From Mytilus californianus (taxonomy: Eukaryota): a stretch of 64,000 nt of DNA. A program made the position numbers and the translations under genes. Below are positions 26,141-38,340 of this stretch, piece after piece. A model generated the notes under the pieces. The model was not told the DNA's origin and did no database searches. It saw only the letters and a program-made list of their open reading frames with translations. The stretch spans positions 91,822,001 through 91,886,000 of the forward strand of contig NW_026262690.1 in assembly GCF_021869535.1 (NCBI RefSeq), in the 5' to 3' direction. The stretch's first letter is position 1, and every line of letters begins with the position of its first letter.

Positions 26141-27620
26141 ACCTTCCACATGTACCATGTACATCATACCGTGGTTTGCAGATCTTTGATCAAATAAAAA
26201 AAATCCACATAAGACTATTTGGTAACAAAGTTACTTATAACAAAGTCACACAGATAAGGCATATGCAGTATTTTGTACGGAAATTTGTCTTTGAAGAATG
26301 TATAATGCTAAAACATACGAAAGTTGGGATCCTCTTACAAAAGAGGTTATATAACAAAAAATAATGAAGTTTCATAGTACTGTCAAATTCGTTAAGGGGG
26401 TATAATACGGGCAAATCTTAGTTTTTTGAAGAAGTGGAAGGAGAAGTTATTCGAGTTTTTTTTCATTTGTGTTTCATCAAGGCAAATTTTCAAAACACCT
26501 ACAAGCCAGCGAGGAAGTAAAACACATTCATTAACTAATGAAGCTAAACAGGTTGATGCTATTTTTAAACATCAAACGTATTTCCGTTTATTGTTACCTA
26601 TCGAACTATCCATATGTATTGAATGCATACATTGTTTTTATTTTGAACAACAACAAAAAACGACTATAAAGGACTACATTTCAAATGTCTCCTAATATTA
26701 ATCGATTTTTTTTATTTATGTGAAATCAATTGTTTTATTTTTTTAACACGCAACTGAAGAATTGATAAATCATTTCAATTTAAATGTCAGATTAAGAAGG
26801 ATGAAGGATTTTTGTCTTAGTTTTAAAACAACACCATTTTCTTTTTATCATTATACATATAAAGATCGAAGCTTTTGACGTTATATAAAGCTTTTTTCTC
26901 AGATGCGGCGTTAGAAGTCGCCAATCAATCCATCATTTATTTTCAAAAGATTTTCTGAAATTTATTTTGTGCGTCTTTTGATCTCAAACCCTAATCAGCG
27001 GACGCAACAAACATAATGATTGATTGATTGATGTTGTTTAACGTTTTACGCCACTTTAAGCACGCTTTGCTACATCGTAGCGACCAGTTTTTATTGATGG
27101 AGGAAACCAGATTGCCTGGGGAAGACCAGAAACCTTCAGTAATCATTGTCAATTAAGATCAGAGTCGAACGCACAAGGGGTTGCGTTTCCTATCACGATT
27201 TCTTTGATAGAGGTAAGCTGTTTACAAGGAAGCTACTTAAACATGCTCGCTTCATGATTAAGTTGCCCTATGCATAATTCTAATTGATTTGGTTGACTGC
27301 TATGGAATATATGACACAGATGACCATGGTTATGTTCCACTTGTAGTACCCAAAATTTTCTCGATTTTGGCATCACCGAGCTCGACCTACCACCACATGA
27401 TTCTTGCAACGAGTAACATGACGGTAGCCGCTATTGGAGAAAGAACTGCCAAATCTTTCGTACACCCGAGTTTTTCTCTACCTTTTAAGGGGTTCATGTT
27501 TCTTTATCTTGGTTGTTTTTGTTTGACTTTTGCTAAATCTGTGATGTTTCTATTGGTAACAGTCTTGTTAATCCTTTGTCAACAGCATTGTGTTTTCATG
27601 ATTGGTCATTTATTTAGTTA

Positions 27621-27883
27621 GATTGGTTGATTGATTGATTGGTGTTTAACGCCACTTTCAACACTATTGTGCTAATTCGTGGCGGTCAGTTTTTATTGGC
27701 GGAGGAAGCCGGAGTGCCCGGAGAGAACCAACGACCTTCGGTAGGAAAACTGACAATCCTAGTCAATTAAGATTGGAGTCGAGTGCACCTGCCCCATGCG
27801 GGATTCGAACTCACAACCTCAGTGTTGACTGGTTAGTGATACAGTAAGTCGACTACTTAGACCACTCGGCCACCGAGGCCCCC
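27621..27883 (-). mobile_element. Full-length tRNA-derived SINE
   Basis: - strand begins GGGGCCTCGGTGGCCGAGTGGTCTAAG (A box), has GTTCGAATCCC (B box), ends in (TCAA)n; 5'-truncated decayed copy at ~27015-27180. Confidence 0.85.
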
Positions 27884-28116
27884 TATTTAGTTAGAGAATA
27901 TATATGTATCGATTACCTATAAAGGAGAAGGTACTATGACAAAAGTTAAATTTTTGGGCCATGGAATTCAAAAATCAAAGAATGAAATATATCTATTGAT
28001 TAACATACTTAATATGTTCACATGACATAAGTCTGTCAAATATCAGAATATGTATGTAATTTAATTGGGTCTTAGGATTTGATTTTCAGGGGACAGGAAG
28101 ATTGTGGAAATTAATA

Positions 28117-28302
28117 ATTTAGCCAAGTGACAAGTTGAATAAAATAATCTACCCTAATGACAAGTTGAATAAAATAATCTAGCCTAGTGACAAGTTGAAA
28201 AAAATAATCTAGCCTAGTGACAAGTGAATAAAATAATCTAGCCTAGTGACAAAGTTGAATAAAATAATCTAGCCTAATGACAAGTTAAATAAAATAATCT
28301 TG
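28117..28302. repeat. 30-bp minisatellite (GTGACAAGTTGAATAAAATAATCTAGCCTA), ~6 copies
   Basis: Direct 30-bp periodicity. Confidence 0.9.
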
Positions 28303-28539
28303 CAGAAGACAGTATTTGTTTTCTAAAATTTTATGAACATATCACAAACTATAAGGTACATATAGACACTTTTATAAAGGTATGTAATAGATTCCGCACC
28401 TTCTTAAAACACGTTATCATTTAAAAATTACTAGATATAAATATGAATAAAACAAGATGTGTGGTATATTCAATTCTAATAACTACTTGATATGCTACAA
28501 TCATGAAATTGCGAATTGATACATATTTTTTTTTGTTTT

Positions 28540-28733
28540 CCTATGCATTGGACAGTGACCAACTAGTTCTTCTCCCAAAACTGTAGCCAACAGCAAGATT
28601 ACACCATCGTCGCAAAGCGTTGTATCCAGGGGGAGTTTGGTCTCGTCCTCGCTGAATGTTTGTAGCAGGCAAATTTAAGCTTTTCCCTTGTTCATTAGAA
28701 AATAATGTATCCCTCACTCCTGTTTCAAAGTAT
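28540..28733 (-). pseudogene. Isolated decayed exon of an animal heme peroxidase
   Basis: RYFETGVRDTLFSNEQGKSLNLPATNIQRGRDQTPPGYNALRRWCNL matches the DLxAxNIQRGRDHGxPxYNxxRxxC motif; acceptor tttctattctag present; HG replaced by QT; no GT donor found; no other peroxidase exon recognised. Confidence 0.75.
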
Positions 28734-31185
28734 CTAGAATAGAAACAGTCTTCAACTATAGACATGCGTTTTTACCATCGATGCATTTCTATGGAAGACT
28801 AATTCTACACTTGCTTATTCTATTTTAGTTCACTAATTCTATATAAAATTGAGAATTGAAACGGGGAAATTGTCAAAGAGACAACAACCCGACTAAAGAG
28901 CAGAAAACAGCCCAAGGCCACCAATGGGTCTTCAACACAGCGAGAAAATGCCGCACCCGGAGGCTGTCTTCACCTGGCCCCTAAACAAAAATGTATACTA
29001 GTTCTATGAAAATGAATGTCACACTAAACTCCGAAACATATAATTGAACCAGAATAAAAAAAACAAAACATACAAGCCCAACAAAGGCCAGAGGTTCCTA
29101 ACTTGGGACAGACGAGGTTAAACATGTTTTGTGAGATCTCCCCCTCCCCCTTTACCTCTAGCCAATGTAAAATAAACAAACACACAGTAAAATTCAGTTT
29201 AAAAGAAATCCGAGTCTGATGTAAGCATAGGTAACAGAATATATACATGTATGACAATCATTCTTCCAATTTGAAATATGCTTTCTTCTTCCTGAATTTG
29301 CCACTGACCGTTTAGCAACCAACAATCAATCAATCTTCTTCCTGACATCTCAGATTCTCTATATCTTTCACCGTATTAATGAAATCCAAACCCGGGTTGA
29401 AAAACCATTCCTTGTTCGCATATGTTAGAAATTAACCCCACTTATAATAGCTAGAGTGTATAACAACTAAATGGAAGGCACTATTTTGTATGTTGTCTTT
29501 GGTCAGGAATACCGCCGTTAGGTTCAAAATTCAAGAGAAGGAACAGGTTTCCGTCCTACAATAGCCATTTGATCGTTTATCTCCTTTCAAAACCACTTAC
29601 AGTAAGACGAATTTAAGTAAATCCTGATACCGGAACTGGTGGCACTATGTCGTAGTGGATAGAAATATTCGAATGCGTCATGCAACTTTCATTTTTGTAT
29701 GACAATTTCCGCAAATTTTTTCATTTTGCAAAACATTGTGCGTGGATTTGAAAATCGGACGTGCATTATTTTAGCTACAAATTCGGTCTACAAAATTATA
29801 GGATACTGTATTTGTATTCTCTGGTGATGTTAGCTGTATATATTATGAAGTTTGATCGATAAGATATATAAGGTATAAGGCGACAGTAGTTTAAATTCCA
29901 CTTGGAATATACACGCCAAATGAAACACATGAGGCAGTCAGAGGTACAGAGAATAGTAGAATGAGCCCAACACTTTAATGTAGAAGACTAATATATGACA
30001 TTATCTCTGTATACAAGTAAATAATTTCATACCTCTTCTTATGAGAAATACTTCTATATTACTGCATTTACAGTTACTTTAACATCATGTTTTTAGAAAT
30101 TGGTTAGAGAAAACGATTATCAGAGGATATCTTTATAGGTACCTACAAAAGCCTTTTTGTTATAGACAACCTGTTAGGGAGCTACTGATTTTTATGGGGG
30201 GGGCTAGGATGAAATTTGAAAAAAATAGGCAGGACAGGAGTTTTGAGTAAAAAAAAAGGCAGGATGAGACACTTTGCAAAAAAAAAAGGCAGGATGACAA
30301 TTTATGTAAAAAAAAAAAAGTCAGGATAAACTAAAAAAAAAAGGCAGGACCGAATAGAGTGAAAAATAAAAAGGCAGGACAGAGATTACAAATAAAAAAA
30401 AATGCAGGACAAAATTTTTCATCCTACAAATGTTATGAAACTTACACACAATGCTTATTACCACAAAACACACATCAATTTCAAATTTTGGTTGAGTCAT
30501 TTTTACCATTTTAGAGTAGTGTCCCTTTTTAATGTTTTATGCAAGCAGTGGCATCATCAGTGTCTCATGGACACATTCTCCATTTATTTTATAACATTAC
30601 AACCATAATCATTTGCATTACATATATTTTTTTGTTTTTCTAGATTTGGTATCAGGGTTACTGAAGATAATATAAAACATTTATTTTAGAAATAAAACAT
30701 AGCATGATTCTTTAAGGTCTTCTTAGATATAGATAAATTTTTATAGGTATATTCTTTTATTAATTTTTAATTTAAGGTTATGACGATGTTTTTATGGTGT
30801 TGGGAGTAAGACTTCGGATATCTGATACTGTTAACATGTTGGTAGGTTTTTAAGCTTTTTTTTTTGGAATATTTTTTATAATACTTGACATCAATTTTAT
30901 AAAGGTTTCAAGTAAAAAAAAATAATTATACAACATAATGTTGGAAACATTGGAAACAGATTTGAATGTTCTTTCTGTGCATTTTACATTGTATTTTGCA
31001 AGATTTTTTATGTTGACCGTCAATATTATTTTGCTAAATTTATGATATTGACTGTCAATATATATTTTACATTGTATTTTGCAAGTTTTTTAATATTGAC
31101 CGTCAATATATATATATATATAAATAGAAATATGATCAATGAATATAAGCAGTAAAAAAAGAGTTTTCACATTCATTGATATATG

Positions 31186-32236
31186 TTTTATCTCACCTGG
31201 CCCAAAGGGCCAAATGAGCTTTTCTCATCACTTGGCGTCCGTCGTCGTCTGTTAACTTTTACAAAAATCTTCTCTGAAACTACTAGGCCAAATTTAACCA
31301 AACTTGGCTTCAATCATCACTGGAGTATCTAGTTTTAAAAATGTGTCCAATAACCCCACCTGCCGACCAAGATGGCCGACATGGCTAAAAATAGAACTTA
31401 GGGGTAAAATGCAAGTTTTGTCTATTATTTGAAAACTGTTATAAATAGAGAAAATCTGATAGGATCATAAATGTTCAAAATGTTGAGCTCTACCAATTGT
31501 TCATATACGTCAAAACTGTCAGACGACTTAAAGGAGTTATTGCCCTTAAATGACAAATTTTACCTTTTTTTTATTTTTGCCTATTATCTTGAAAACTATA
31601 ATAAATTGAGAGAAACTTTAAATTGCAAAAAATGATCAGCAAGACAAAATCTACAAATAAGACAATATGTTCGAAATCGTCAGTAATTGCCCTTTGATGA
31701 CGATTTTTACCAATTTTTTGCGTTTTTGCCTTACATCTTAAGAATTGCAATAGATAGATAGAAACTTAGATAAGCTAAAATGATCAGGAAGACAAAATCT
31801 ACAATTAAGACCAAATTGTCAGACGACTCCTTATTGGAGTTGTTGTCCTTTAATGGCGATTTTTACCATTTTTGTGGGGTTTTGCCTTAAATGATAAAAA
31901 TTATTATAGATAAATTAGACACTTTAAATCACCAAAATGATCATCAAGGCAAGATCTACTAACAAGTCAAATTTTGCCGATATAGTTAGACTGTCACTCT
32001 TTATAGGAGTGATTGCCCTTAAATGAGATTTTTTTTAACCCTCTTTTATGTTTTGAGCAACAAAAAAAAAGAAGTTAGAGAGAAACTAAACAAATTAAAT
32101 GATTAGCAGTACAAGATGAAAAAACAGAGATTTTTTCATGAATTCTATTCTCGTCTACAATGTTGGAGAGTGTCCTTTGTTGAATATGCACATAGACAAA
32201 GGTGAGCGACACAGGCTCTTTAGAGTCTCTAGTTTT
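31186..32236 (-). mobile_element. HINE-like element, copy 2
   Basis: Reverse-complement homolog of 4277-5553 with an intact 3' hairpin (CCTGGCCCAAAGGGCCA). Confidence 0.7.
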
Positions 32237-34387
32237 TTTAATTAAAAAATTTTCATTCAAATTTCATGATTTATGCTTAAAGACTATTTTGATATTAAGC
32301 ATTAAAAATTGAATTTATCTTTATTTCTTTTACAGTTGCAAGTGTTACTGTTGCTGCCTTCTATTGTAAAATCCTCAGACGATAATCCTGGAGATCATGG
32401 ATGAACTGTTGCTATTTTTTAGTAGAACCCGTAGACGGTAGTCTTGTATGCAGAAGAATGAATTGTTATAAAACTGTGAATTTATTGTTATTTGAGGGGT
32501 TGCAAAGGTATGCCATATGGATTCGCAAAGTACCCATAAGACTTGCATCAGTTTACATATAGTTTTTAAGTTATGTACAGGTAAGTCTTACAAGTGCTTT
32601 GTGAAATGAAATTTGTATGTTCAAAATCAATAAAGTAGGACTTTGATGGCCAAAGGGAATATGAAAAAAAACAATGTTAAACAATTTAAGACTAAGTACT
32701 GAGCTTTTGATGCAATATAAACTTGGTGACTGGAAATAAAAATGTTTGGTTAGTTGGTCTGGTTTGACTCCACTTTCTGTACATTTATACAAAATAAATA
32801 AATGGCTGTCAGTTTTATTTATTGGTTTTATTTATGTTATAAATGCATCTGAGGCAACTCAAGTGAAAAAAATTACAGTTTTTGCAATTTGTTTTATTTT
32901 TTCATTTTTATGTGATTGATTTTTATGGTTTTTTCTCATTCATCCTTTATATTTTAGGACGTATTTTAAGGTTTGTATTTTGAGGATTGTACTTAATTCC
33001 TTCAGAACTTTTTACCCACCCAAGATTAATTAGTAACCTGTATATTAATAAGTTTTCTTTGATTTTCATGGAAAAAATGTCAAGTGGCCAATTAAATGCA
33101 TTTTAAATTGAGAACATGATAATGCGATATGAATAAAGACCCTGCTATGTACTATACCAGCACGCTGAGGTAGATATTTTAATGTGTTAGTTCACAAGGT
33201 AATAGTCTGCAGGGAGACTTGTAATCCTACTGGAAACATTATTCTGACTTGGAACCAACCAGTCTCTGCTCTTACTCCTAAATGCTGCGTGCTTAGCAGA
33301 GAAGCATCAAATACCAAATCTTAATTCTCCAGTTTGACTCAGCCGGGGATCATATCCCATGACCAACTGCGGTTGAGGTGAGAATGAATTGGGCTGTTAG
33401 AGAAGATTTGTCTGTTTGTCCATCATCACCTCTCATCCACAGCTTATATACTATTGAAAGGTTTCATTGAAACTTTCAGATTATCTTCTGTAACTAATGG
33501 CAGTGTGTAGTATATTATAAAATATGGTACACAATGTCGACAGATACTGCAGATAATTTGAAAGTTAAGGAAAAGTTTATTCAATCCTTTAATTGTGGGT
33601 TGGTTATTTAGTTGTGGATGGATGAGGAAACAGGCGATACACTAAGTCTTGCTCACCACAGCAAATATCCTTAGATAAATCAGACTATGAAATTATAACT
33701 TAATAACTCCCTCCTGGGGAAAAGTACTTGTTCCCTAAAATGAAACAATATAGACTACTTTAATTAAAATAATTGGTTTGCTTAGGAATTGGGTGGAGTA
33801 AAGAAACTTTATAAATGTTGAATGAAAAGAGTTAACTATTTCCTTGGTGATCCACCAGTAATAATTTTTACATACATCAAGATAAGTATCTATATTTTTA
33901 TTAGCCAGTAAATAAATAGAGTACACCTCAATTTTTTTAATCATTTCATAAATTGTTTTTACTATAGTTTTCCTTTGTATAAGAATTTTTATGTTTTTCA
34001 ATTTCCTTTTTAAAATTTAAGACAAACTGGGGATTCTTTTTTTTTACTGAATTTTATAAAAAAATATTAAGTTTGGCATTAAGTAATTGAAAGCCTCAAG
34101 TTAATATTAAGTAAAACAAAGTATCTTTGAATTGAACGAATTATTACAAAACTTACTACATATATCTCAAAACATACACGATTTTCTATAACAACCAGTC
34201 TAAGAACTGGTATCTAGGTAATAAAAAAGAATCCTCAGCACTGTCATTTATTCTGTATAATTGTAATATTTTCCGAACTCCTGATGCAGATCCTTTTCCT
34301 CCTTTTATTTGTAAAGTTGATAACCATGGCCAAAAGCATATTACTAGTTATTTCTATTTTTCTTTGATGTTTATACATGTGTATATA

Positions 34388-35501
34388 TGTTGTGTACAAG
34401 TTATCATTTTGTACAAATTATAATTTTTACAAAAAAATTGTACAAATTATAATTTGTATTTTGACTTTGTACAAAAAATGCTTGTACAAATTGCAATTTG
34501 TACAAAATTGACTAAAATTCACTTATAAATTGTACAATAATTTATAGTATGGATTTTGTTATAAAAAAGGCACTGATACACACTATGGAATTCTTATTCA
34601 ATGACCATACAATTAATCTTATTTATAAAATACAAAAATAGTACTGTATAATTTGTTTGAGCATGTGAGTGAATTATGGCATCGGGAATTGCACAACATC
34701 TTTTGCTTTTTACATTTACATTTAGAAATACTGCACCCCCCTTTGCATTTATATGAAAGAAACACAAGTTTTTGGAAGCTTTTTAACTGCTTAACGAAGC
34801 GAAAGGTGAAGCTCAGGAATCGTTGCTGCGAATAAAGATGTGTCTTTAACAGCTTCAATTACATTTCTCGACAAATATCATGTTAAAATTCCTACAGCTG
34901 TTCCAATGCGGTATCCAAATTCTCCAGATTCAATAATTACACTTAAGATATTTCGAGGATCAGTTGGATCATGATCATACTGAGGAATTGGTATAATGAC
35001 ATTATCCCCCACAGCAAGTTCTGATAATTTCCGTTTCGCTTTCATTGTTAGATATTCAGCTTGGATCTGTTGGCAAGATAGCACACGCTTCCTGGCACGT
35101 ATGATTTGTATTTCAACGTCAGTGTCATCCTGATTGTCACTCGGGCCAATTTCTGTTATACTATCAGAATTGTCACTGGGGCAAAATTCTATTATACTAT
35201 CAGAATTAACTGGCATGCATGTATCAATTACATTTCCTGTCTCCATCTGGGTATTTTTGTATTTTGTAAATAAGGTTTACTGTGTGGTCAAAAATTCTAT
35301 AGTGTGTATCAATGCTTTTTTGATGACAAAATCCATACTATATATTATTGTACAAGTTATAAGTGAATTTTAGTCAAATTTTGTACAAATTGTAATTTGT
35401 ACAAGCACTTTTTGTACAAATTACAATTTGTACAAAGTCAAAGTACAAATTATAATTTGTACAAATTACAATTTGTACAAAATGATAACTTGTACACAAC
35501 A
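34388..35501 (-). mobile_element. Internally deleted Ginger-type DNA transposon (KRBA2/SCAND3-like integrase C-terminus)
   Basis: TGT...ACA termini, ~250-bp TIRs built of TTGTACAAATT subrepeats, TATA(TA) flanking duplication; - strand LAVGDNVIIPIPQYDHDPTDPRNILSVI..GYRIGTAVGIL, then LSLR*AV and CKGGCSISKCKCKKQKMLCNSRCHNSLTCSNK. Confidence 0.8.
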
Positions 35502-36084
35502 TATATATTTAATGAAAAAGATTAAATGTGTCTTGTACATTTTGGTATTTTGTATCATGATGCATGATAATAATGAAATTAATTGGTGAATAACATTTAT
35601 TTGAGAAAACGCATTGTATATTTTATTTGAGTCTGGATGACAAATGAAGGGGGAGAGGTTTCTGTGGTCGAGGGTAGCTAGGACACAGATGATGTATATT
35701 TCCATCGGGTCCCTTGGTGTCTATCATATCATTCTTCAAATTTTTAGAAATGTTCTTGGCTAGTTTTAAACAAGACACTTGATGTTTTAGTCATTACCGT
35801 ACAGAACTGCTCATTGAACTTACTGATGACCTGCTAAGCAGCCAATGATTTAAATCAAGAATTCTTAAATGATCTTATTTGTTGTCTTGTCTGTCGCATG
35901 CAAAACGTAGGGATACTAAATCTGGCGACGAAGATTTCTGTATAAAACTTCAGTATTCAGACGGTAAAAGAGCTGAATAACCCATATCTGGTATATAGAT
36001 TCCTTATGTTCTGAGGTTTTCATCTGGCATTTAAACATGTTTTTACCCTATTTTTAAGGTCCAATGACCACCTAAAAAGTGTAT

Positions 36085-37720
36085 TTTTTTGTCTCGCCTG
36101 CGACTTAAGTAAAACAAGAGGTCAACTATATTTGGTATATGGACTGATTGTAAGGTGAACATGTCAGATTGACGGGTTTCATCTGATCCTGACCTCAATT
36201 TCATGGTTCATTGGAAATGTTGAGTTTTTGAAGTTTGGTCTTTTTCTCAGATATTATAAACAATAGGTCAATTATATTTAGTGTATGGAAAATTAAGGTA
36301 TAATAAGAATAAGAAAAAATAATTTTGATTCGGCAGAAGTCAAATATATACAACACAAGCTCTAAGGAGCATTTTATTGAATATAAAAACATACACACAA
36401 CATAAAAACATGGTCAATGATAATTTTTCGTATTTTTTTCAGTTTATCATATACTATATGCAATAGGTCAACTATATTTGGTGTATTGAATGCTTGTAAG
36501 GTGAGCATGTCTATGGGGCAGGGTTCATATGACCTTGACCTCATTTTTATGGTTCATTGGTCAATGTTTAGATTTTGTGGTTTGATCTGTTTCTCAGGTT
36601 CCATTAGCGATAGGACCACTATTTTTGGTGTATGGAATTATTGGAAGGTGTACATGTCTGTCTGTCATGGTTCAACAGACCGTGACCTATGTCTCGTAGA
36701 ACATTGATAATGTTAAGTTTATGTGATACTTGTAGTTAAACCTTTATATTACAGACTTTCAACATGAATTCAATGATAAGTAAAACAGGCGAGAAATTTC
36801 AGCGTGTGTTCTCTGCTTTATTACATGAGTTTGACAGTTTCTATGTGTTACTGTAATAAGGACAACTATATTTTGTATATAGATTCATTGCGAGGTATAC
36901 ATGTACTTCCGACAGGGATCACCTGCCAGTGGCATAATGTCATGGTTCAGTGATTTTTATATTTAATTTTTGGGATTAGGGACGTTTCTCCCAAGGTATA
37001 AGTAATTCAACTATATTTAATGGATAGAATGATTGTAAGGTGTAAAACATCGGCTTAATTTTTATGGTTTTTAGGTTTACATTTTGTTTTTGTCTCGCCT
37101 GCAACGAAAGTAGCGGAAGGCGAGACAGGTATTGCATTTCCGACGCCGACATCGTTAGCATCAACAATTGTTAAGTTTTCTGTTTAAGTTAGTTTGATAA
37201 GAACTACTAGTGATAGATCAATGATATTGAGTATGAAGTTGCAATACTATCAGTATATATCAGTTTGACGACTATTTGAGGCCCTGTCCCCTAGATCATG
37301 GTCTTTGAATTAATTAGCAATTTTCAATGTTACGTTTTCTGCTTAAGTTAGTTTGATAGAAACTGCTTGTGATCATAGATCGATGATATTTTCTATAAAG
37401 TTTCATTACTATCAGTACACATCAGTTTGTCAACTATTTCGACTCCCTGTCCCCATAGGTCATGGTCCAGTGACTTTTAATTAATTACCAATTTTCAAAA
37501 AGTTTTCTGTTGAAGACAGTTTGGTAGGAACTTCTTACAATAAACAACAATATTTTCTACAAAGCCTGTACATCTCAGTGTGTTGACCATTTCCAGGACT
37601 TGCCCACTAGTTCATGGTCCAGGGACTTTAAATTGATTAGCAATGTTGCTGTCCATCAGACTGTCTTTTTTCTGAATTGTATGCCGACAGGCGAGACATA
37701 TCTCTGTGTCAACAGTTTAT
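36085..37720 (-). mobile_element. Two adjacent HINE-like elements with GTCTCGCCTG/CAGGCGAGA subterminal repeats
   Basis: TTTTTGTCTCGCCTG at ~36087 and ~37088, paired with CAGGCGAGA at ~36786 and ~37687. Confidence 0.5.
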
Positions 37721-37918
37721 TGTGATTATGTCTGTTTCTGTGATACTAAAAATAATCGGTGAATTATAGTTATTTCGATATTATTAAGTCTTTTTAGTAG
37801 ATAAAACAAAGCTATAGTTAATATATATTATTGGTGTTCTAACTGGTTGATTTCATTAATAATAATACTAATCTTTATTGTCATATAAACAAATTAAACA
37901 TTTTTGTGACAAAAACTT

Positions 37919-37962
<44 letters not shown>

Positions 37963-38131
37963 AATAGTCTAAATAAGATGCGAAAAAATTTCTCCAGCAT
38001 TTGTACAAATATTCATGCAGTCGATTTTTGTTCAGCCATGCACTTTGCGTCTTGATATAACTTCGAATCCAAAGATATCTAGAACCGAATCAAATTAAGT
38101 TGTGTTTGAAAGACATATCCAAATGCACCAA

Positions 38132-38340
38132 AGCTACTCAGACTTTATAAACGTCACCAGTGTTTGAGCAGAAAGTTGATGGAACCAGGGTTATGTCAAA
38201 GAACGTCTCGTCCTTTTTCTAAAAAGGTTCATCGGAAGATACCAAGACCTTGTTGATAAATATTCCGTATCAACTTCACAAATAATACACGATGGTCTTG
38301 AAGTATTGATTCTAGGTACTGACGTTGTTTATCATCTTAA
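38132..38340 (+). mobile_element. Remnant of a Penelope-like reverse transcriptase C-terminal region
   Basis: With frameshifts reads SYSDF-KRHQCLSRKLM-QGYVKERLVLFLKRFIGRYQDLVDKYSVSTSQIIHDG, resembling the KLLxQGY...KKFYGRY thumb region as I recall it for PLE RTs. Confidence 0.5.

Noticed and set aside
27780-27883. tRNA gene
   Set aside because: A and B boxes are present, but they are followed by a SINE body and (TCAA)n tail and no full cloverleaf is evident
29340-29520. Possible second peroxidase exon (EWFFNPG on the - strand)
   Set aside because: Only a 4-residue match; the expected FRFGHS motif is not recoverable
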